Shown here piece by piece: positions 1 through 10,579 of a stretch of 35,275 nt of DNA (position 1 is the stretch's first letter; each line of letters starts with the position of its first letter). Position numbers and translations under genes: made by a program. Below the pieces are notes generated by a model that saw nothing but the letters and a program-made list of their open reading frames with translations, made no database searches and was not told the DNA's origin. Source of the stretch: Chiloscyllium plagiosum (taxonomy: Eukaryota); assembly GCF_004010195.1 (NCBI RefSeq), contig NC_057720.1:34132836-34168110 (forward strand). The letters are read 5' to 3'.

Positions 1-322
1 CTGCAACAGCCACTCCTGTCCCTGTTCTACCCATGTCTCCGTAATAGCCACAACATCGAAGTCCCAGGTACTAACCCACGCTGCAAGTTCACCTACCTCA
101 TTTCGTATACTTCTTGCATTGAAGTATACACACTTCAAACCACTTTCCTGTTTACAGGCACCCTCCTTTGAAATTGATGCCATGTTCCTAACCTCCCTAC
201 ACTCCAGGTCCTGCACCCTAAAGCTACAGTCTGGGTTCCCATGTCCCTGCAGAGTTAGTTTAAAACCCCCACAAGCGCACTAGCAAACCTCCCACCAAGG
301 ATACTGGTGCCCCTCAGGTTCA
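1..322 (-). mobile_element. CR1 LINE fragment: end of ORF1 and start of ORF2 (AP-endonuclease N-terminus)
   Basis: Minus strand reads ..NLRGTSILGGRFASAL.. (CR1 ORF1 esterase C-terminus), then CVYFNARSIRNEVGELAAWVSTWDFDVVAITETW (endonuclease start). It runs off the window edge. Confidence 0.85.
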
Positions 323-1059
323 TCAAAAATGTTACATATGAAAGTGGCATTACACCACCAAAACACAGTTCTTATCAAGACAATTTGAAATAAGTACTTT
401 GAAATAAATAAATTGTAGAACAAATGCCAAATTACTGATATCAAAATCTCAATGAATCCAATTGCTGGCATCAGCAGAAACCCAAGAAATCAAATTGCCC
501 ATTTTTTGTACAATTTGAGTTTATATAGCAAGAAAGAAAGCTACATAATGTGAATAATTAGAAAAATGCACGAATATTATCATAATGTATTCAAAATTGG
601 ATGCTAAAGGTTGGGAGTGCCTGAGATGTTTCGTCCCATATGGTTGCCTTTCACATTTGGAAACTTCATCTGGGTTGGTGTTGGAAATTTAACATCAGCA
701 GTGGAAAATTGTGGAAGAAATGCACAGTAAAAATTGTCACTTCTTGACTGCTTCTCTATGTATGATAAAATGATGGAAAAAGACAGTGGAGTACCAGCTT
801 TTGTGAAGCAATTAATTATGAAATCCTGCTGTTGAATTCTAATAAGCATTGCTTTAAAATAAGATGTTGTCCATTAAAGAGATGAAGCTTTTTTTCCCTC
901 AAGGCTGGCAGTCTTTGGATCTCTTTTCCTGAAATGACAATGGAAGTCAACTATTAGAATATTTATAAAGTACAGCTAGATAAGCTTTCACCCCCTTGCT
1001 TACCAAGAGCCTATCTGGGTAGTTGGGAATTGTTGAGGTAATGATAAGATGAACTATGA

Positions 1060-1572
1060 TCTTGTAAGGTGTACAATATGGTCCCCTTATCAAAGCAGAG
1101 ATATACTGGCATTGGATGTAATCCAGAGAAAGCTCACTGGGTTGATCCCAGATATGGACGGATTTTCGCAGGAGTGGTTGAGTAGTTTGGGCTTGTACTC
1201 ACTACAGTTCAGAAAATGAGGGGTGAACTTACTGAAACATGTATGATTTTTAGGGGACTTGATATGATAGATGTGGAGAGTTTGCTTCCCCTTTATAGGA
1301 TTGTCTAGGACCAGAGGGCATAATCTGAGTAAGGGGTCACCCACTTATGACAGATGAAGAAGAATTTATTCTGAGGGTAGTGATTCTATGGAGCTCTTCA
1401 CTGTCGAGGCTGAGTCAATTTGTATATTCAAGGCTGAGCTGAGAACAATCCTTAATCAATAAGGGTATCAAGTGTTATGCGGTTAACACATTAAAGTGAT
1501 GTTGAGGTTTATCGGACCAGCTATGACTGCTGGAGTAGTCTCCGTTAGCTGAATGGCTTACTCCTTCTTATG
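1060..1572 (+). mobile_element. Old degenerate CR1-type LINE 3' fragment
   Basis: Decayed ORF2 C-terminal motifs (LGLYSL..RGELTET..) followed by a CR1-like 3'UTR ending gctgaatggcttactcc. Confidence 0.7.
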
Positions 1573-2029
1573 CAACGGAGTTCCCATCCATTTGATTACG
1601 TGCTTCTCCCAACACCAAGCTCACCACCGGCAAGGGTGCCAGAATCCACTTCAGATCAAATGACCAAATGTACATTGGTGACTTGACAGTGGTGTAGGTG
1701 GGAACTTTATTGAGAAGTGGAACAGTAATGACAGGTTCAGGAAGAACTGCAAATAGATTATGGGAAGTGTGATTGAGAACCAGTATCTGTTATAATTTTA
1801 TGTCTAACCAAAGGTATATTTTTTCAAGTGAAGATGAGATAAAGAAGAGGATCCAGCGTTAAAGCTCTACCCTCAAGCAATGCCATAGTAAATCTGCAAC
1901 TGAAGTGGAAAATTACTAGTTAAGTAAAATTTCAGACTTCTCTTTGGACACAGCTTGCACTTTGTTGGAGTTGTTTCATGGTAAAGTTAGTCCTGTATTT
2001 TCGAGAAAAATACTTTTTTTTTCTATTAG

Positions 2030-2830
2030 CCAATGCTTAGGGCAGTTTTTATTTTCCATCCCTAATTGTACTGGAAAAGGTGTTGGTGAGCTGCTGCAGT
2101 TAATGTGGTACAAGTACATGCATCATGCTGTTTGGGGGGCGGAAAATGTCGTCATTGTGAGAATTTGACCCAGGAACAGGATGATGTGTGGCTTGGAGGG
2201 AAACTTGCATGTGAACACCACTGCCCTTCTAGGTGTTAGAGGTCGCTGGTTTGGAAGGCAATGTCTTGGTGAGTTACTGCAGTTAATTTTGTGCTGCACT
2301 TGTACATCTGTTACAAAAGGCGTGACTATTGAAGGTGGTGGATGGAGTGCCAATCAAGTGGGCAGGTTGGTGTCAAACCTGTTATTGGAACTGCATTATC
2401 TAGGCATGTGAAGAGTATTCCTTCACACACCTGACTTGTGTGTTATAGATGGTGAACAGGCTTTTGAGTAGTCAGAAGCAGCATTCCCTTTAAGGTGAGA
2501 CCGCTCCATACTTCTGTGCACAGTTATTAGAGCTGGCACATTGCAACGTTAACTTCCAGTTCTGAAATCATTGCCATGCACAGACTTCAGAGGCCTTCAC
2601 TGCTGGAAAGAAAAGTAGGAGATGAGTTACACATTGTAAAATTCTCTGTTACTGATCTACTTTTGTTAAGATGGCTAGTCTAGTTCAGTTTCTAGTCAAT
2701 GGTGGACCTCAGGATGTTGGTTCAAGATAGTGATGGTAGTTCCATTGAGTGTCAAAGAGAGATTGTTTGGTGATGGCCATGGCTTTGCACTTGAGTGGTG
2801 CTTATGTTGTTAGCTATCACCTGAACCTGA
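2030..2830 (-). mobile_element. Old CR1/L2-clade LINE, RT C-terminal part and 3' region (interrupted ~2480-2660)
   Basis: Minus strand near 2700-2830 gives decayed APLKCKAMAI..LTLNGTTIT..ID*KLN*TSH, typical of a LINE RT C-terminus. It is collinear with the pieces at 4740-5000 and 5260-5565. Confidence 0.55.
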
Positions 2831-2839
2831 TTTTGGTGT

Positions 2840-3132
2840 AGAACACAGAACAATACAGCACAGAACAGGCCCTTCGGCCCACGATGTTGTGCCGAACATT
2901 TGTCCTAGCTTAAGCACCCATCCATGTACCTATCCAATTGCCGTTTAAAGGTCACCAAAGATTCTGACTCTACCACTCCCACAGGCAGCACATTCCATGC
3001 CCCCACCACTCTCTGGGTAAAGAACCCACCCATGACATCTCCCCTATACCTTCCACCCTTCACCTTAAATTTATGTCCCCTTGTAACACTCTGTTGTACC
3101 CATGGAAAAAAAGTTTCTGACTGTCTACTCTA
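2840..3132 (-). mobile_element. CR1 LINE 3' end
   Basis: Begins agaacacagaacaatacagcacagaacaggcccttcggccc (reverse of the CR1 tail and hairpin). Same subfamily as the element at 34496-35275. Confidence 0.85.
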
Positions 3133-3288
3133 TATGCACTGGTGTTTTTACTATCATAATGGATAAATCCAGCCTTCACAATTTGCTTTATAAAAATCGC
3201 ATCCTGTCTTTAAAATCTTTTGAAGAACTTGTTGAAAGCTCTTGAAGATTATTCTAGTACTTGATAGTATCATGATCAAGCTTCACAA

Positions 3289-3487
3289 TTTCAGAAGTCA
3301 CACTACACCAGGTTATAGTCCAACAGGATTATTTGAAACCACAAGCTTTTGGAGCACTGCTCCTTTGTCAGGTGAAGTCAACGCTCCGTAAGCTTGTGAT
3401 TTCAACTAAACCTGTCGGACTATAACCTGCTGTTGTGTGACTTCTGACTTTGTCCACCTCAGTCCAACACCAGCACTTCCACATCGC
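3289..3487. mobile_element. Penelope-derived short inverted (fold-back) insert with degenerate hammerhead core
   Basis: Imperfect inverted repeat (cagaagtcacac..ggttatagtccaacagg / cctgtcggactataacc..gtgtgacttctg). Flanked by 10-bp TSD agcttcacaa at 3279-3288 and 3488-3497. Confidence 0.7.
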
Positions 3488-3997
3488 AGCTTCACAACAA
3501 TTAGGGAATTTCATGAGATTTCTTTGGTCTGTGTAAATCATGTAACTAAGAAAGTGAGGTAGCAAGCATCACCACCAGCCTCCAATTTCTTTTCCTTCTG
3601 CCTGAGTTCAGTGAACATTCCCATATAGGAATCATTGAAGATTGCTCCTGTGAGCATCTGATCCAAGAGGCTGAAGAAGACAAAGGCAATGTGAAATATA
3701 AATTCTGTTTCCCTCTATAAAGCCAACACCCTCAGATGATTCAAAAGTTTTGAACGTTCAAACCTTTGCTGGACATTGGTATCAGGCAGACCTGAAACTG
3801 TTGCCTGAAAGCCATTCCAGACTTCTGCTGTTTTCGTTTTGACAAACAGGCAGATGACTAGAATATGTATCTGAGGCTCTCCCTGTCAAACTGGTGTCCA
3901 TGGAGGAAAATCTACATTTACACTGAGTCAGGTAGTCAGTCTTTTAAAAATACATGTCTTGCAGCTCCTCTATTTTCTTTATCATTCTAGAGGAAAT

Positions 3998-4075
3998 TGG
4001 TGACACAGTAACAATAACAAGACCAATAATTCAGAGCCATAGGCTAATGTTTCAGTGACATGGGTTCAATTTCTA
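3998..4075 (+). mobile_element. tRNA-derived SINE head (DeuSINE-like), cut by the assembly gap
   Basis: ggtgacacagt..atgggttcaatttc (B-box-like). Resembles the reverse complement of the head of the SINE at 25510-25745. Confidence 0.45.
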
Positions 4076-4318
4076 NNNNNNNNNNNNNNNNNNNNNNNNN
4101 NNNNNNNNNNNNNNNNNNNNNNNNNNNNNNNNNNNNNNNNNNNNNNNNNNNNNNNNNNNNNNNNNNNNNNNNNNNNNNNNNNNNNNNNNNNNNNNNNNNN
4201 NNNNNNNNNNNNNNNNNNNNNNNNNNNNNNNNNNNNNNNNNNNNNNNNNNNNNNNNNNNNNNNNNNNNNNNNNNNNNNNNNNNNNNNNNNNNNNNNNNNN
4301 NNNNNNNNNNNNNNNNNN
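4076..4318. other. Assembly gap (243 N)
   Basis: Run of N bases. Confidence 1.
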
Positions 4319-4700
4319 TCATTCTCATGTTTCTCACATATGCATAAAATGCCTTTGGGTTATCCTTGATCCTTCATGCCCTCTCTTGTCTCTCCTAATC
4401 CCTTTCTTCAGGTCCCTTCTGGCTATCCTGTATCCCTCCACTGCTCTGTCTGAACCCTGTTTCCTCAACCTTATGTAAGCCTCCTTCTTCCTCTTTACAA
4501 GACATTCAACCTCCCTCGTCAACCAAGGTTCCCTCACACGACCATTTCTTTCCTGCCTGACAGGTATATACATATCAAGGACACGTCGTATCTGTTCCTT
4601 GAAAAAGTTCCACATTTCCACGACATCCTTCCCTGACAGCCGATGCTCCCAACTTTTGCTCCTCAGATCCTGTCTTACAGCATCGTAATTACCCTGTTTC
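4319..4700 (-). mobile_element. CR1 LINE ORF2 fragment (endonuclease-RT linker)
   Basis: ORF 4334..4738 contains YDAVRQDL..W..MWNFFKEQI..YIPVRQ..EPWLTREVECLVKRKKEAY, typical of CR1 ORF2. Confidence 0.9.
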
Positions 4701-4739
4701 ACGCACCTATCTCTCTTCATGTCTTTGTCTTTGGACATA

Positions 4740-5000
4740 GACTACTTCACCATCTGATGAGCTTCAAGTGGTGCTGTACATTGTGCACTTATCAGCAAAC
4801 ATCTCTACCCTCTCCCCTTTATGAAGATGGGAAGGTCATTGATGAAGTAACTGAAGAGACTTGGTCCAAGGACACTACCCTGAGGAACAGTGGTGATGTT
4901 TTGTGGCTGAGTTGATTGATTTTTTTTTCCAACAACCATAGTTTTCTGCCTTTGTGATTGCTGTGACTCCAAAAATGTATGACTATTTCCTGATTCAATT
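4740..5000 (-). mobile_element. CR1/L2-clade LINE RT fragment
   Basis: Minus strand reads [20 protein letters not shown] (LINE RT motif). Confidence 0.75.
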
Positions 5001-5039
5001 TAACTTGGATTCCTTGATGTCTAATGGAATACACTTTTT

Positions 5040-5250
5040 TTATTTGCCCTTCCTGCTATTGAGACTTTTGAATGGACCTCTGACCTGCCTCGGCAGTCCC
5101 TCTTGCCTGCCTGTCTCTACCTTCTCTGCAGCTGTAACAGCATGTTCTGCACTATACTTTGTATCATATAATCTGCCTGTATAGCATGCACCACAACACT
5201 TCACTGTACCTCTGCATGTGACAACAATACCTCCGTCCGTCTGTCTGTCC
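5040..5250 (+). mobile_element. LINE 3'UTR remnant (Rex1/Babar-like)
   Basis: ctgtaacagcatgttctgcact..atctgcctgtatagc..cttcactgtacc, ending in a (gtcc/gtct)n tail. Confidence 0.4.
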
Positions 5251-5259
5251 ACCAAGGCT

Positions 5260-5565
5260 GGGATTAGGCCAGAAGCTGAATCTGTCCAAACGGAGAATAA
5301 GTGGGCCGACTGCTGTGGAGTAAGTGCTGCTTGATCGCACTGTTAATGGCAGTTTCCAGTATGTTGCTGATAATTGAGTAGTCTCATGGTGCAATAATTT
5401 ACAGGATTGGATTTGTCCTGCTTTTGTGGAATGGACATGCCTGAGCAATTTTTCACATTGGTGATGCCAGTTGTACAGTAACTGTATCAGAAAAGCTTGG
5501 CTAGGGGCATGGCAAGTTCTGGGGCATAGGAATTCAGTCCTGATGCGAGAATGTTGTAAATGGTT
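5260..5565 (-). mobile_element. CR1/L2-clade LINE RT N-terminal fragment
   Basis: Minus strand with frameshifts reads APELAMPLAKLF..KIAQACPF..QDKSNPVNY..IKQHLL. Confidence 0.75.
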
Positions 5566-7860
5566 ATAAAAATCAAGCTGAATACATTCAAATGGACCCG
5601 CTGGCAAGGGAGTTTTTCCTGTTACACACCACACCCCTTGACCTGCATTATTTTGCTGAGATATCAAACATGATCTGATGTGCTTTTGAATTGCCTTGCC
5701 CAGTAGGGGGTGCCACCGGTTCTCAACACAGTACTACTCATTCCTTCCTTGCCAAGGTGTGTATTGATATGAAGCCAATCAATGAGCACTGGTAACAAGG
5801 TATTAGGTATGCACACTTGACCAATTGGAGTGATCCAGAGGCCTCTTGATGCAGAGTCAGAGCCCCTGTGTGTCTTCCATATCTGCTTTTCTGAATCAGG
5901 GGCAATGCCCTGTAAACGCTGTGCCATGACAATGTCTGGAATGCCTTTTGTTTTGGTTGGGTGCCTGCCGGTAATAGTGGAGATGATTGAATTGCAAGAC
6001 CTTGCCGTGACCTTGGCAGCTTGGTCAGCTCTGGCATTGCCATGGCTGACATCTGTGGTGTTCATGATATGGACCATTTGATTATGGCCAATTGCTTGGG
6101 GAGGGGGATGGCCTTAAGGAGATTTTGGACAGTGTGTTGTGAAAAGGAGTGCTCGAAGAGGTCAGGAATCTTCACTGGGACCAAAGCTGGCCAAAGTTGT
6201 GAGCCACGCCTAAGGCGTACTGTGAATCTGTGTGGAAATTGACTTGTTTTCCCTGTGGCCAGGATACAGACTTGTGTCAGCGCAGAGAGCTCTGGGCTGA
6301 AAACAGTGGGGTGGAGGAAGGCTGCTTCTAACGTGTCCATGAGGGTGCCGATTGCGCATCCTGAAAGATGCGTTCCTAGGGGTGATATTGACAACTACCA
6401 TCTACGAAGAGGGTTAAATCCAGTGTGGGCATTGGAACATCTGAGAGGTCTGATTGGGGAATGTCAAGAAGTAGTTGTATTAAGGCAGTCATGAGAGGAT
6501 GGGGAAGCTCCTCTTGGTGGGGCACTGAGGAAAGTTGCCGGGTTAGTGGTCGAGCAGGAGTAGAAGGTCAGGAAGGGGGTTGTTAAGAAGGGCTACCTCA
6601 TAACAGCTGAGTCGAGCTTGTGAAAGGTGTTGGGTCTGGTGGGAAGTGAGGAGAGCTACAATTGGGTGTGACAAATAGACGATCAAGGGTTTCTGCAGGG
6701 TTATATTGGACGCAGCTGTCACAAGGGTTTATATATCCGGCAGAATTTGAGTACTGTGGGAGTCCCCTGGTGACAGGGTCAAGGCGAGTTGAGTGATAGG
6801 CCACGGCCTCTTGTGATCTGAGTCTGGGTTAAAACAGCGGTTGCGCAGTCCTCTACATACTGGCATACAGCTGCAAGGATCTGTCATACAGTGGTCTCCT
6901 GAGGGCCAGGGCACTGGCAAGGGCTGCTTTAAATTAATTGAAAGCTGACTTTCACCCTAGTGGAAGACCAGAAGTCCCTGAGGCCTCATTGGACGCTAAA
7001 GGGGTTAGCTACTTGGTAAGTAACGTAACATTGGGGAACCACTGCTGGCAGTAGTTAATCAAATTTAGAAAGGCATGCATCTGCTTAGCGTTAGTGAGTG
7101 GAGGGGTCTCCAGGATGGGTGTGATGCGATCCGGGGTCAACTGCCATTGTGAAGTGCTGAGCAACATCCCTAGGAGTGTAACTTGTTGCTGGGTGCACTA
7201 AACCTTATTGGATGGTATAACGTATCCCTAAGTGGAGGGCATTTAGGAGACGGTTGGTATCTGCAATGTTAGCAGATTCTGAGGAGATAGCTCGGAGAAG
7301 GCTGTCCACATGCTAGATAACTGTGGAGCTGTCAGAGCTGCTGGTGCAATAGCCTGGAGAATAGAGTGGGCGAATGGATAAATCCCTTAGGGAGGCATGT
7401 CTGAGTGTACTGCTGACCCTTAAAGGTGAAAGTAAATAAATATTGAGACTCAGCTGCTGGGGGAGAGCAAAGAATGCATGCTGCACGTCAACTGTGGTGA
7501 AAACATAGATGCTGGCAGGGGTGTTGCTGAGAATGGTCACAGGTTTTGGCACGACCAGGGGTAGTGGCTGCACTATTTTGTTGGTCTGTTGGAGATCCTG
7601 TACTAACCTCCAGTCTGGGCATCCTGGCTTCGGGACCAGTAGAATGGGGGTGTTACAGGGTGATTGCAGGGGAATAGAGCTCCTTGTTGGAGGAATGACT
7701 CTATCAAAGCTGATATCCCTTCTATGGCCTCTAATCTTAGCGTATTGAAGGGAGTTCAGCTCCTGATGTAATTTGGATTTTGAGGACCCACAGAGGTGCA
7801 TCTGACTTCATGCTTAGGAGCTGACCAGAGGTCAGGAAAGGGTTCTTCTGAGGGTTTGTG
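5566..7860 (-). pseudogene. pol: Retroviral pol: RT, RNase H and N-terminal integrase
   Basis: PDLWS..; QSPCNTPILLVPKPGCPDWRLVQDL; catalytic YVDD decayed to HVDS (7301-7312); KQMHAFLNLINYCQQWFP; LFVDGS (~6385-6410); GNARADQAAK; HINTHLGKEGM; ends at QLDF. Confidence 0.92.
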
Positions 7861-7963
7861 TCAGGGTTGGTAGTGGCGAAGTGAACCCGCCACTGTGTAA
7901 GGGCTAGAGAAATAACTTCCTGTTGGTCAGTATTTGGGCCTGGTGAGTGATACCAGGGTCCAA

Positions 7964-8233
7964 CTATTGCTGTAACTGGTGTGCTAAAAATCCCAGAGCC
8001 TTTGCTTTGTAGCCCTCTTTTATGAAAAAGACAATGTGGGAAGAAACCAACCCTGGTTGGTTCCAGAGGTGGAGAGGAACGTCTACTAAGAGGGCAGATC
8101 CCTCTTTACCTTCAATGTGTCCTGTGACAATGGACTCGAGGAAGAGGGTAAAGGTGGCTGCCAGTTCAGTGCAGGCTCTGGTGGAATTGTAACAAAGGTT
8201 TACATGGGGATCACAGACTTGTATAGGAGACAT
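7964..8233 (-). pseudogene. Putative degenerate 2H phosphoesterase-like domain between protease and RT
   Basis: 89-aa open frame with PHVNL (His at 8204-8206) and SHIVF..GYKAKALG (His at 8036-8038), 56 aa apart. Both motifs deviate from the canonical H-x-[ST]. Confidence 0.55.
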
Positions 8234-8299
8234 AAAATTCCTTGGCTGTAATTAGAGAGCCCACTATTGGGGAAGCAATAGATTCAGAACTGTCTCTTG

Positions 8300-8667
8300 G
8301 TAGAATTGTCTAACTATAATGCCCTCACCAAGGCAGAGAATCTCAACCTGAAGGGCACCCAACAAATCCCTCCCTGCTAGGTTAACGCCTAAATTAGAGG
8401 TTTGAGTGAATTAGATAGTACAGGTATGGGCACTAAACTGAACCGTGAGTAGTTCTGTTAGAGGGATACTGCTTCTCTTGTCCAGTTAGACCACTAAGAT
8501 GTACAGAGCTGTGAGAGTCCAACCTATGTTAGCGCACACAGGAGATCTCGGGCGGTGCCGGTATCAATCATGAAGGGGATTTCTTTACCCTCAACAGTCA
8601 AGCGCACTACCGCTTCATCCTCTGGATTGTTAGTCAGGACAGGGTAAAGCAGAAGGGGGGCGGTTAG
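8300..8667 (-). pseudogene. pro: Retroviral aspartic protease
   Basis: Reads LTVEGKEIPFMIDTGTAR (DTG at 8557-8565) and GVNLAGRDLLGALQVEI (~8340-8390), with frameshifts and stops between. Confidence 0.9.
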
Positions 8668-8670
8668 TCA

Positions 8671-9960
8671 GGCTGGGGAGGGTCTCCAATGTAGTGAACT
8701 TACCCCCTGCCCGGGGGTCCATATCGCAGGTTCAAGAGTGGGCAGTTGCACTGCCAATGTCTGTCTGCACCACAGTGAAAACACATATGTATTGGCTGTG
8801 TAACTGTCCATGGGTGCGGACCACCACTGGGTCGGGGGCGACCATGGTAGTTAGGGGAAAGGGGGTGGATGGATGTAAGGGGAACGATGAAAAGGTGCAT
8901 TGGAGCCATTTGGGTGAGTGGCATTTGTATGGTCATATTTGTCGACCCACCCCTGGGGACAATGGTGGGGTTCCATTGGGTGGTTCGTGAGGGCATCAGG
9001 GCCTGCAACAGGGACATTAGAATCTTTGTGAGGGGGCAGACAAGGCGTGCTGTATCATTTCATGCTTAACTGTTGCCTGTTTAGGGTCTTTAGGACTATA
9101 CCAATATTAAGTGAGCACTCATGTCATTGTTGGTTCTAATAGCAGCTCCTACCCCCTCTGGGATATGTTGTAATAGTAGGGCATTAAACTGGGCCGAGGG
9201 GTGTCCTGCATTATAAGCGGTGTCATCTGCATAGGTGGAGTATAGCTGATCCCAAACTCCTGAACCAGCTGCCCCCTGCTTTGGCATGCCAATGCCTTAG
9301 TTATATCTACCAGTTGTTGCAGGGTTATTTGGAGAGCCCCTCATCACCTGGATTTGGTCCCCAGGCTGGGGAATGGCTCAGGATAATGCCTCCCAATCAT
9401 TGTAACCCCCTGACTGGGTTTTCCAGCTAGAACCCTTTGCTTCATGGCTTTGACCCCAGCCCAGACTGAAGAGGTCCCATGGTGTGGCTTGATACATTTG
9501 AATTGTGCTTGTAACGTAATGAAATCCTCTGGATTGGTCTTTTGGTTGGGGGGCGTGGGACATGATCAAGCACATCTCTTGGTGTTGCCAGGGAGTGTTA
9601 ACCTGTGTGGTGGCCTCTTCCCCGCACCAGAGTTTTGATTAGGGACTGTCCGAAAAGGGAACTGTCTCTGTTCATGTTTGAGCTGTGTTGCCTGTTCTGT
9701 TTCGGTTAGTGGGCTGGGGTGAGCAATTCAGTTTGCGACGTCTCTGGGCCAGTGATTGCTGTCGGGGTCGTAATAGCGAGAGAGATCAAGTTACCTTTTG
9801 TGGGCTCATCAGTCTCACGCAACCAACACTCAGACAATTGCTTATTTAGTCCACCTGGAAGCTCAGTGTATGTTGGAATCCCACCGTTGCTACCATATAT
9901 TGTGTGCGAAACCTTGGGAAAAGAAGCTGAGAAGCAATTTGCGCACACCAACTTCTGCAA
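8671..9960 (-). pseudogene. gag: Retroviral gag (capsid + nucleocapsid), fragmented
   Basis: ORF pieces 9706..9960, 9378..9575, 9096..9287 and 8700..9017. The last contains CFHCGADRHWQCNC, an exact CX2CX4HX4C zinc knuckle. Confidence 0.85.
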
Positions 9961-10080
9961 ACTGTTAAAAGCTTAAAGCTTGTTCAAGCTGGTTAACCCC
10001 TCTGATACTCTTTGCGAGCATGCAAAGTCAGAAGAGACCCCGAACAAAGAAAATACAAGTCACTTGGCAATGTTACAGAT

Positions 10081-10579
10081 ATGGAAATAGATTTGCTCAC
10101 TGAGCTGGAAGATTTAGCTTTATGAAGCTTTTTCCGGAGGCTCACTGATGTTACCTGGATAGGATAAATAGGCAAAGTCTTTTCCCTGGGGTCAGGGAGT
10201 CCAAAACTAGAGGGCATAGGTTTAGGGTGAGAGAGGAAAGGTATAAAAGAGACCTAAGAGGCAACGTTTTCATGCAGAGGGTGGTATGTGTATGGAATGA
10301 GCTGCCAGAGGAAATGGTGGAGGCTGGTACAATTGCAACATTTAAGAGGCATGTGGATGGGTATATGAAAAGGAAGGATTTGGAGGGATATGGGCCGGGT
10401 GCTGGCAGGTGGGACTAGATTGGGTTGGGATATCTGATCGGCGTGGACAGGTTAGACTGAAGGGTCTGTTTCCATGCTGTACATCTCTGACTCTGTGACT
10501 CTAAATGAACCTTCCAGCTCAGTCAGGAAACCTACATTCAGAACCTCAACCTGAGCTACAAGTCTTCTCAATACCCACA
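10081..10579. mobile_element. Penelope-derived inverted terminal piece with a nested CR1 3' end (~10158-10503, +)
   Basis: Sequence matching the tail of the Penelope element at 21040-21118 lies on both sides of a CR1 tail. The composite is flanked by 12-bp TSD aatgttacagat (10069-10080, 10580-10591). Confidence 0.75.

Larger units (their letters stand above)
5566..10068 (-). mobile_element. Decayed class I (epsilon/gamma-like) endogenous retrovirus, gag-pro-pol, truncated in integrase
   Basis: Ordered motifs on the minus strand: capsid-like QFPFRTVPN..TPWQHQEM; CCHC knuckle; protease FMIDTG and NLAGRDLL; RT SPCNTPIL..WRLVQDL..HAFF; RNase H LFVDGS..GNARADQAAK; integrase H..TH.G..PFECIQLDF. 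Many stops and frameshifts. The 5' boundary is uncertain. Confidence 0.92.

Noticed and set aside
4044..4369. Three ORFs of 95-104 aa
   Set aside because: They only span the N gap.
4740..5565. env gene downstream of pol
   Set aside because: The sequence is explained by LINE remnants. No furin site, CX6CC motif or transmembrane segment is seen.
5164..5667. 167-aa ORF as an intact integrase or accessory gene
   Set aside because: Only the first ~33 aa are integrase. The rest is an off-frame reading of a LINE RT remnant.
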